In this document: piece after piece, positions 57,071 through 64,000 of the stretch
How the letters are laid out: the number at the start of each line of letters is the position of its first letter
Numbering within the stretch: the first letter of the stretch is position 1
Source of the DNA: Candidatus Actinomarina sp.
GTDB lineage: Bacteria > Actinomycetota > Acidimicrobiia > Actinomarinales > Actinomarinaceae
NCBI GenBank assembly: GCA_041234785.1
Contig: JBEROH010000015.1
Coordinates: 3,240 to 67,239 of the forward strand
Direction of reading: 5' to 3'
DNA length: 64,000 nucleotides
Program-made: the position numbers and the translations under genes
Notes under the pieces: generated by a model
Told to the model about the DNA's origin: nothing
Seen by the model: the letters and a program-made list of their open reading frames with translations, nothing else
The model's database searches: none

Positions 57071-58249
57071 ATGAATAAATTATTCGACTTTGCAATTATT
57101 GGTGGGGGAATTGTTGGATTATCAACTGCTTTACAGTTACAACAGTTGGGTAAAGATGTACTAGTTCTAGAAAAAGAACAACAACCAGGTCTTCATCAGT
57201 CAGGTAGGAACTCAGGTGTCATACATTCAGGAATATACTATAAACCAAATTCACTCAAATCTACTTTGTGTGTACGTGGTAGGGAGTTATTGATTGACTT
57301 TGCTCTTGCGGAAAAAATTTCCCACAGAATTGAAGGTAAAATTATCGTTGATAATGATTTAGAACGAATTGAAGCTCTTTATCAGAGATCTCTGGAACTA
57401 CAAATGAGCAATGTAGAGGTAATAACAAAACAAAAAATTTTACAGTATGAACCCTATTGCAAGTTCCATCAAGCTCTTTATGTTCCCCAAGCTGGTGTTA
57501 TTGACTACAAAGAAGTAACTAAAAAAATTGCTGAAAAATTTATTTCTAAGGGAGGCTCAATAGAGTTCTTTCAAGAAATTAAGGAAATTCAAACTCTCTC
57601 ATCTTTTAAACAGTTAACTAGTAACAGTAATAAATTTACAGCACAATATTTAATTAATTGTGCTGGGCTTTATTCTGACTCTGTGGCTCAATTGGACAGA
57701 GTAAATCCAAAACTAAGAATTATTCCATTCAGAGGAGAATATTTTACGATACAACATAGTAAGCAGTCGATGGTTAATAATATGATCTATCCAATTTCTA
57801 ATCCAGATTTACCGTTTTTGGGAATTCATTTGACAAAAAATATTTATGGAGAAATTGAAGCAGGACCTAATGCTGTTTTAGCATTTTCTAAAGAAGGGTA
57901 TAAGTGGGGTAGTGTAAATTTTAGAGAGTTTAGTAAAACTATTTCTTATCCAGGGATGTGGAAATTAGGAAAACAATATTTTTCTACCGGTATATCTGAA
58001 ATGTATAGATCGTTGAACAAAAATGTGTTTTTAAATGAAATTTTAAAATATATACCTAATATTACCAAAAAAGATTTACACCCAAGACTATCTGGAGTAA
58101 GAGCTCAAGCAGTTGGAGTTGATGGAAAATTAATTGATGATTTCGTCTTTGAAGAAGGAGAACAATCTCTACACGTTCTAAATGCTCCAAGTCCAGCCGC
58201 TACTGCATCTTTTGCTATAGGTGAATATATAGCAAAAAAAGTTATTTAA
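57071..58249 (+). CDS. lhgO: L-2-hydroxyglutarate oxidase/dehydrogenase (FAD-dependent)
   Basis: 392-aa ORF with the FAD motif IIGGGIVGLSTA and an LhgO-like SGRNSGVIHSGIYY. Confidence 0.82.
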   Translation: MNKLFDFAIIGGGIVGLSTALQLQQLGKDVLVLEKEQQPGLHQSGRNSGVIHSGIYYKPNSLKSTLCVRGRELLIDFALAEKISHRIEGKIIVDNDLERIEALYQRSLELQMSNVEVITKQKILQYEPYCKFHQALYVPQAGVIDYKEVTKKIAEKFISKGGSIEFFQEIKEIQTLSSFKQLTSNSNKFTAQYLINCAGLYSDSVAQLDRVNPKLRIIPFRGEYFTIQHSKQSMVNNMIYPISNPDLPFLGIHLTKNIYGEIEAGPNAVLAFSKEGYKWGSVNFREFSKTISYPGMWKLGKQYFSTGISEMYRSLNKNVFLNEILKYIPNITKKDLHPRLSGVRAQAVGVDGKLIDDFVFEEGEQSLHVLNAPSPAATASFAIGEYIAKKVI

Positions 58250-60005
58250 TTTTCTCTCCTGTCTGAACAGACCAGAGTTTAGAGTATAGACCTTGTTTTT
58301 GAAGTAAACTTTCATGATTTCCAATCTCTGCAATTTCACCATCTTCTAACACAAAAATTTTGTCAGCATTTCTAATGGTCGATAGTCTGTGTGCTATTAC
58401 AATTACTGTTCTGTTATTTTTTAATACATCAAGAGATCTTTGAATTGCAGCTTCTGTTTCATTATCTACAGAAGATGTTGCTTCATCTAAAATTAAAATA
58501 TCGGGATTTTTTAGAATTGCTCTTGCAATAGAAACACGCTGTCTTTGACCCCCAGAAAGTTTTTGTCCTCGCTCTCCGACAATAGTGTTTTCTTTGTTCG
58601 GCAGGTTGTTGATAAAAATATCAGCTTCTGATTGTTTTGCAGCATTCCAAACTTCAGTGTCAGAAGAAGAAAGATTGCCATAAGCAATATTTTCTATTAC
58701 AGATCCTTCAAATAGAAACACATCCTGACTTACTAGGCCAATTTGTTTTCTGAGAGTAGGTAAATCTATTTTTTTAATTTCGGTATTATCGTAGAGTATT
58801 TCACCCTTATTTATTTCGTAAAGCCGTAATAAAATTTTTATTAATGTTGATTTTCCAGAACCAGTACTACCTACAATCGCAGTAGTTTTGCTAGCCTCAA
58901 TCTCCATACTTATATTTTTTAAGACTTCAAATCCCTCAACATAAGAAAAAGAAACATTATTTAATTGTATGCCTTTTTTTAAACTATTAAATTTTACATC
59001 TCCACTTTTGATAGTCTGCTCTTCATCTTTCAAAGCAAATATTCTATTAAATGAAGCCATTGCTCTCTGATAAAGGTCAAATGTATCACCAAGTTCTGTT
59101 AATGGCCACAGTAAACGTTGAGTAATAAAAAGTAAGACCGAATACATTGCAACTTTTATTTCTCCTTCAAGTGCTAAAAATCCACCAATTAAAAGTGTTG
59201 CTGTAAATCCAAAAAGAATTGCAACTCTAATAATTGGGATAAAAGCTGCGGAAAGTTTAATTGCATGATAATTAGCACTTTTTACTTCTTCTGATGCCGT
59301 AGTTATTCTTTCTAGCTCCATTTCTTCTCTGGTAAAACTTTTAACATTTAAAATGCCAGAAATTGAATTTGATAAATTTGAGTTAAGAGTTTCTATAGCT
59401 TCTCTTATGCGTTCGTATCTTTTAGAGATTGTTGAGGTAAATTTAAATGAACCAAAAATAATAATTGGAATTGGGATGAACGCAAAAAGAGCAATAGTTG
59501 GAGAGATATAAAGAAAAGTACTACCAATAACAAAAACTGTTGTTGCTGTTTGAATTAATTTATTTGCACCTGTGTCCAAAAATCTTTCTAATTGATTTAC
59601 ATCATCGTTGAGGACTGCCATTAACCTACCAGATGATTTGTTTTCAAAATATTTCATATCTAAAGTTAAAACATTTTCAAACGTCTCAGTTCTTAAATTA
59701 TGTTCAATATCTTGTGATATGCCCCTCCATGTAACAGCTGATAGGTAATCAAAAAGCGATTCAAGGCCCCAGATGATAAATGTCACTATTGCTAGTACAA
59801 TTAGTTGTTTCTTCCTATCCAAAACTCCTAATGATGCTAAAAAAGATTGATTCCCCTCAACAACTATGTCTATTGCAATACCAATTAACACAGGTGGGGC
59901 TAAATCAAAAATTTTATTGAGAATTGAATATACAATTCCTCGTTTAGCTTTGGTTTTGTGTTGTTGTGAATATTTAAATAATCTTTTTAAATTACTCTCA
60001 ATCAT
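58242..60005 (-). CDS. ABC exporter, fused permease/ATPase (MsbA/MdlB-like)
   Basis: 587-aa ORF with a six-TM N-domain, Walker A GSTGSGKST, signature LSGGQRQR and Walker B ILILDEATS. Confidence 0.9.
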   Translation of the reverse strand: MIESNLKRLFKYSQQHKTKAKRGIVYSILNKIFDLAPPVLIGIAIDIVVEGNQSFLASLGVLDRKKQLIVLAIVTFIIWGLESLFDYLSAVTWRGISQDIEHNLRTETFENVLTLDMKYFENKSSGRLMAVLNDDVNQLERFLDTGANKLIQTATTVFVIGSTFLYISPTIALFAFIPIPIIIFGSFKFTSTISKRYERIREAIETLNSNLSNSISGILNVKSFTREEMELERITTASEEVKSANYHAIKLSAAFIPIIRVAILFGFTATLLIGGFLALEGEIKVAMYSVLLFITQRLLWPLTELGDTFDLYQRAMASFNRIFALKDEEQTIKSGDVKFNSLKKGIQLNNVSFSYVEGFEVLKNISMEIEASKTTAIVGSTGSGKSTLIKILLRLYEINKGEILYDNTEIKKIDLPTLRKQIGLVSQDVFLFEGSVIENIAYGNLSSSDTEVWNAAKQSEADIFINNLPNKENTIVGERGQKLSGGQRQRVSIARAILKNPDILILDEATSSVDNETEAAIQRSLDVLKNNRTVIVIAHRLSTIRNADKIFVLEDGEIAEIGNHESLLQKQGLYSKLWSVQTGEKIK

Positions 60006-60018
60006 ATTGAGAGTCTAG

Positions 60019-60423
60019 TTATTTATTTATATTATTAATTCCATCCCTGATTTCTTTAAGAAGTTGGATTTCTTTTGATTCTGCAGCAACAATGGTCTCA
60101 TTCTCATCATCTGAAACAATTTCATCAAAATGATTATATGCTTTGATAACTAAAAACATAACAAAAGCAATAATTGAGTAATTAATTATTTCTCCAAGAA
60201 AAGCACCAAAACTGCCCGATCGATACCCAGTTACAGGATCAACGTCTCCAAACAAACCTAAGTTTTCTAAATTAGGCAAGCTTACAATGAGTCCAATAAA
60301 AGGTTCAACAATTTTGTTTGTAAAAACATCAACCAAAGATTTAAAAGATGCTCCCATTACAAAAGCTACTCCAAGCTCAACAACATTTCCACGATTTATA
60401 AAATCTCTAAATTCTTTAATCAA
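60019..60423 (-). CDS. mscL: large-conductance mechanosensitive channel
   Basis: 134-aa ORF with the typical MscL N-terminus (EFRDFINRGNVVELGVAFVMGASF). Confidence 0.92.
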   Translation of the reverse strand: MIKEFRDFINRGNVVELGVAFVMGASFKSLVDVFTNKIVEPFIGLIVSLPNLENLGLFGDVDPVTGYRSGSFGAFLGEIINYSIIAFVMFLVIKAYNHFDEIVSDDENETIVAAESKEIQLLKEIRDGINNINK

Positions 60424-60474
60424 TTTCCCTCCTGTATTTTATATTTTTCTTAAATAAAGGTATTCTAATTAATT

Positions 60475-61839
60475 ATGAAAAAACTTTTACTTTATTTTTT
60501 AGTCTTAATATTGGTATCTTGTTCTTCTAGTTCTGAATCATCCTCAGAGCTAGAATTAGATATTACTACTACTACATCAACTACTACTACATCAACCACT
60601 ACTACAAGTACTATCCCAAAAGAGGTTTATGAAGTAGACGAATATGGCATTGAATTAGTTGAAATGGGACCTGAGATGAAAGAGCAATTTGATACTTTAA
60701 TATCATTTGTTGAAAGTAAAACTGGTCTTAAATTTAATGAGTATCCAAAATTTCAACTGTATACAGTAAACGGGTATCAAGAGTATAACGCAGTTTCTTA
60801 CCTTGATGATTTCGAGGAAGATTATGAAGAAGGTGAGTGGGAGAGAGCAATACTATCTGAAAATATGTGGGGTTTAACTTCTGCAACTCCAGAACAATAC
60901 AAAAATCTTATTGTTGAATTTCAAAGATGCGCCTCATCTGGATCATACAATCTTCTAGACAAAATATTAAGAGTGCCTGTTAAGCGAAATCAGAAAAAAT
61001 TAAATTTATGGGAACAAAGTGTTATTGTTCATGAATTGACACACTCTCTTCAAGGTCAAATTATAGATTTATCAGGTTGGTATACAACTATGAAGGACGC
61101 TGATGATTTTTCAGATTATCCCGGTAGAAGAGCAATCATGGAAGCGCAAGCGGATTTAGTTCAAGCAAGATGGGAATCAGGACTTGACAATTATGACAGA
61201 ACTGAAATGAATTCACAACAACCTAATATATCTTGTTCTGTACAGCTACCATCTTATTTTTATATTCCTTTTGACTTGTATTATTCTTTTGGCCCTCAAC
61301 TGGTTAAAGAAATAAATTCTAAAGGTGGCATGGATGCTATCAATGAAGCTTTAAATTACCTACCCACAGATGAACAGATATATAGTTCTGAAAAATATTT
61401 TAGTGGTGAAGTCTATGAAGAAGTTCAGATAAACGATTTAGTTATTAATAACTTTACCCTGGTAGATCAAGGAACAATTGGATCACTTGATATGGTTTAT
61501 GTACTTCAAGACTTTATAGGTAGACAGGAATCAGTAAAAGCAGCAGTAGGAATTGGGGGAGGTTCTTGGAAAGACTATGCCAATGATTCTGGAAATTTAG
61601 TCATGTCTTTAAAAATAAGCGGTGATTCTAATAATGATTTAAATGAGATTTATGAAGCTTATATAAAATGGGCTAACACTCAAAACAGGTTTGATAGCCT
61701 TAACGACTATAACGGTGGCAAGTTGTTTTCAGGTCCAACTAACTTCTGGATTAATAATGATGGCAAATATGTACGAATCGTATTAACACAAGATATAAAA
61801 ATTATAGAAGAAATTGCATCGCAATTAAGAAATTTTTAA
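60475..61839 (+). CDS. putative lipoprotein with a Thr-rich linker and an HExxH motif (possible zinc protease)
   Basis: 454-aa ORF with a lipobox LVSC, a (TTTTS)x3 linker and VHELTHSLQG. No family recognised. Confidence 0.6.
   Translation: MKKLLLYFLVLILVSCSSSSESSSELELDITTTTSTTTTSTTTTSTIPKEVYEVDEYGIELVEMGPEMKEQFDTLISFVESKTGLKFNEYPKFQLYTVNGYQEYNAVSYLDDFEEDYEEGEWERAILSENMWGLTSATPEQYKNLIVEFQRCASSGSYNLLDKILRVPVKRNQKKLNLWEQSVIVHELTHSLQGQIIDLSGWYTTMKDADDFSDYPGRRAIMEAQADLVQARWESGLDNYDRTEMNSQQPNISCSVQLPSYFYIPFDLYYSFGPQLVKEINSKGGMDAINEALNYLPTDEQIYSSEKYFSGEVYEEVQINDLVINNFTLVDQGTIGSLDMVYVLQDFIGRQESVKAAVGIGGGSWKDYANDSGNLVMSLKISGDSNNDLNEIYEAYIKWANTQNRFDSLNDYNGGKLFSGPTNFWINNDGKYVRIVLTQDIKIIEEIASQLRNF
60565..60609 (+). 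repeat. 3 x 15-bp in-frame tandem repeat (ACTACTACTACATCA-like) encoding TTTTS x3
   Basis: Read directly: ACTACTACTACATCA ACTACTACTACATCA ACCACTACTACAAGT. Confidence 0.9.
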
Positions 61840-61843
61840 CCCA

Positions 61844-62656
61844 ATGGGTAATTTTTATATATGCCCAACACCAATAGGAAACTTAGAAGATATTTCATAT
61901 AGAACTCTTGAAATTTTAAAAAATGTTGATGTTATTTTTTGTGAAGACACAAGAAGGTCTAGAAATCTCTTAAATCACTTTGAAATTTCAACTCCATTAA
62001 AATCTTTTTTTTTAGGAAATGAATTTAAAAAAAATTTTGAGATTCATAATTTGCTTAACGAAGGAGTAAATATCGCATTGATTTCAGATGCTGGAACCCC
62101 TCTGGTTTCTGATCCTGGTGATGAACTGATCAAATTTCTTATTTCCCACAATCATATAATAATTTCAGTACCAGGCCCTTCCAGTGTGTTAACTGCTTTG
62201 ACAGTATCGGGATTTAATTTAAAAGAGTTTCAATTTTTAGGTTTTATTCCTAAATCAGGAAAAGAAAAATTAGACTTATTTGTAAAGTTGATGAATGCAT
62301 CAATGCCATCTGTGTGTTTTACTTCACCTAAACGAGTTAAAAAAGATTTACAATATTTTCTTGAAAATGGATTGAATTCAGATGTAGTTGTTTGTAGAGA
62401 ATTAACTAAAAAATTTGAAACTATTTATAGAGGAAAAATTGAAAAGGTATTAAAAGAATTACCTGTTGATGTTAAAGGAGAAATTACATTAGTGTTCGGT
62501 CCTTCAGAGCAAACAAGTAATTTAAACTTTGATTTGGAAGAGGCTCTTAAAATACTTTTAAAAAGTAATATTTCTAAACGAGATATTGCAAAATCACTAT
62601 CTTTAGTCTCTGATTATTCAGTTAATGAATTGTATGAAAAAATTAAAGATTTTTAA
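61844..62656 (+). CDS. rsmI: 16S rRNA (cytidine1402-2'-O)-methyltransferase
   Basis: 270-aa ORF with the RsmI-like N-terminus YICPTPIGNLEDISYRTLEILKNVDVIFCEDTR. Confidence 0.9.
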   Translation: MGNFYICPTPIGNLEDISYRTLEILKNVDVIFCEDTRRSRNLLNHFEISTPLKSFFLGNEFKKNFEIHNLLNEGVNIALISDAGTPLVSDPGDELIKFLISHNHIIISVPGPSSVLTALTVSGFNLKEFQFLGFIPKSGKEKLDLFVKLMNASMPSVCFTSPKRVKKDLQYFLENGLNSDVVVCRELTKKFETIYRGKIEKVLKELPVDVKGEITLVFGPSEQTSNLNFDLEEALKILLKSNISKRDIAKSLSLVSDYSVNELYEKIKDF

Positions 62657-62882
62657 TATTTTCAATGCAAGTTTGACAAAAATATATTTCACCAATTTGT
62701 ACTGATACTTGATTTGTGTGACACATTACACATAATTTGTTATCTTTGGAAATAATTAATTTATTATTTTCTACATACATTGTGATTGCATCATTGTGTT
62801 CTATTCCCAAAGATTTTCTGATAGATTTAGGAATAACTACTCTTCCTAAATTATCAATTTTACTTTTGTTACCTTTACTCAT
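62643..62882 (-). CDS. AbrB/SpoVT-family DNA-binding protein with a C-terminal CxxC...CxxC zinc ribbon
   Basis: 79-aa ORF with the N-terminal looped-hinge-helix motif IDNLGRVVIPKSIRKSLGI and the C-terminal CVMC-x14-CQTC. Confidence 0.75.
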   Translation of the reverse strand: MSKGNKSKIDNLGRVVIPKSIRKSLGIEHNDAITMYVENNKLIISKDNKLCVMCHTNQVSVQIGEIYFCQTCIENIKNL

Positions 62883-62912
62883 AAATTTATTTAATCCTAT
62901 TCTTATATAGTA

Positions 62913-63683
62913 GTGAAAAAAAATCTAACTTTAGAGAAAATAAAATGGGTTGATACACATTGTCATCTTCAATTAATGGGTGGACAGATAAACGAAGATG
63001 AATTGCATAACCTTGAATATTTAATCATTCCTGGTGTTAATGTTCAAACTTCCGTACAAGCAAGAGATGTTTCAAATAGTTTAATAAAAAAATCATTCTG
63101 GTCCGCTGGCTTACATCCGCATGAGGCAGATAGTTTTTTTGTTGTAAAGCAAGATTTATACAAATTGATGCAAAAGGGTGATCTAATAGGAGAGACCGGT
63201 CTCGATTATTATCGTAATCTTTCTTCAAGAGAAAATCAGATTAAGAGTTTAATGTTTCACTTTGAAATCGCAGAAGCTTTAAACAAACCTATCATTCTTC
63301 ATTGTCGTGATAGTTTCTCAGACTTGTTTTCAATTCTTAATGAAAATCAATTTAAGATTCCGATCATTTTGCACTCATGGACAGGTGGCAATAACTGGAC
63401 TAAAAAGTTTAGAGAGTTGGGAGTATATTTTTCTATTTCAGGCATAGTTACCTATGCTACAGCACACGACATACAAAGTGCAGTTTCGAAAATTCCATTG
63501 GATAAACTTTTGCTTGAGACGGATATTCCATATTTAGCTCCAGAACCTTTTAAAGGCAAAACAAATCATCCTACTTATATAATGTATACAGCAGAAAAAC
63601 TATCTCAACTCTTAGATATTTCCCTACCAGAGTTGTCTAAGATTACTATTTCCAATACTGATAAAATGTTGTCAGGATTATAA
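62913..63683 (+). CDS. tatD: TatD-family metal-dependent DNase/hydrolase
   Basis: 256-aa ORF with VDTHCHL and further metal ligands in ILHCRD and ILHSW. Confidence 0.9.
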   Translation: MKKNLTLEKIKWVDTHCHLQLMGGQINEDELHNLEYLIIPGVNVQTSVQARDVSNSLIKKSFWSAGLHPHEADSFFVVKQDLYKLMQKGDLIGETGLDYYRNLSSRENQIKSLMFHFEIAEALNKPIILHCRDSFSDLFSILNENQFKIPIILHSWTGGNNWTKKFRELGVYFSISGIVTYATAHDIQSAVSKIPLDKLLLETDIPYLAPEPFKGKTNHPTYIMYTAEKLSQLLDISLPELSKITISNTDKMLSGL

Positions 63684-63684
63684 A

Positions 63685-64000
63685 GTGAGCGAATATTTTT
63701 GGATTGAAAAATTATCAAACAAACCTAGCTATAAGTTTGGGCAAAATTTTTTAATTGATACAAATATTTCACGTAAAATAACTAAATTAGTACAAGGTCA
63801 ATTAGCGGACCCCATATTAGAGGTTGGACCAGGAACCGGTTCATTAACTAATGAATTATTAAAAGATAACTATCGAATAAAAGCAATCGAAATAGATAAC
63901 AATCTATCTAATCTTTTATTAGAAAGGTTTTCTAGTTTTCCAAATATTGAAGTCATTCATCAAGATGCAATGGAGTTCGATTATGAAACACTTACTGGTC
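63685..64000 (+). CDS. rsmA: 16S rRNA (adenine1518/1519-N6)-dimethyltransferase, N-terminal part (runs off window)
   Basis: Hand translation from GTG at 63685 gives VSEYFWIEKLSNKPSYKFGQNFLIDTNISRKI...ILEVGPGTGSLTNELL, which matches the KsgA motifs (GQNFL, EVGPGTG). It is absent from the ORF track because there is no stop in the window. Confidence 0.88.
   Translation, partial: MSEYFWIEKLSNKPSYKFGQNFLIDTNISRKITKLVQGQLADPILEVGPGTGSLTNELLKDNYRIKAIEIDNNLSNLLLERFSSFPNIEVIHQDAMEFDYETLTG

Noticed and set aside
57068-64000. Possible genomic island integrated at the tmRNA 3' end.
   Set aside because: I found no integrase, no phage or mobile genes, and no downstream direct repeat of the tmRNA 3' end (GGTTCGACTCCCCGCACCTCCA). 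The downstream genes (lhgO, ABC exporter, mscL, rsmI) have the same composition and are housekeeping-like.
1-64000. Search for CRISPR arrays, tRNA or rRNA genes, riboswitches, IS elements and defence or toxin-antitoxin cassettes.
   Set aside because: No regularly spaced direct repeats are present. The only TTCGA-type T-arm belongs to the tmRNA. The intergenic spacers are too short and too AT-rich for known riboswitch cores. No transposase, integrase, nuclease or NTPase signatures typical of defence systems were recognised.

Overview
This is a very AT-rich, extremely compact bacterial chromosome segment. About 60 genes fill 64 kb and almost no intergenic DNA remains. I found no rRNA, tRNA, CRISPR array, transposase, integrase, phage gene or recognisable defence or toxin system. 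The only RNA gene is a tmRNA (ssrA, 56733-57067).

The content is core housekeeping:
- pyrR-pyrB-pyrC-carA-carB
- a BMP-type nucleoside ABC importer plus a purine PRTase
- sufC-sufS-sufE
- a 2-oxoacid dehydrogenase operon (lpdA, fused E1 alpha/beta, E2, fused lipB-lipA)
- transketolase
- cell-wall enzymes: a giant SpoIID-like protein and a class A PBP
- prpC-prpD
- mannose activation genes and a polyprenol-phosphate glycosylation module
- cofD/cofE (F420)
- ahcY-secA-prfB-ftsE-ftsX-M23 peptidase-smpB
- redox proteins, lhgO, an ABC exporter, mscL, and rsmI/abrB-like/tatD/rsmA

Gene order recalls Actinobacteria (Mycobacterium-like pyr, fbiA/fbiB-manC, pmm-pmi-sahH and prfB-ftsEX-smpB-ssr neighbourhoods). 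I infer a streamlined low-GC marine actinobacterium of the Ca. Actinomarinales type, which I cannot verify here.

I did not find a convincing new multi-gene system. The items most worth a second look are:
- the tmRNA gene abutting lhgO with no spacer
- a GT-C/GtrA/GT2 module coupled to a small zinc-ribbon protein
- gene fusions (lipB-lipA, E1 alpha/beta)
- a motif-permuted SpoIID protein
- a large insertion in the PBP transpeptidase domain
- an AbrB-zinc-ribbon protein
- systematic overlap of convergent genes

Three features are missing from the ORF track: the prfB +1 frameshift, a carB fragment and an rsmA fragment.
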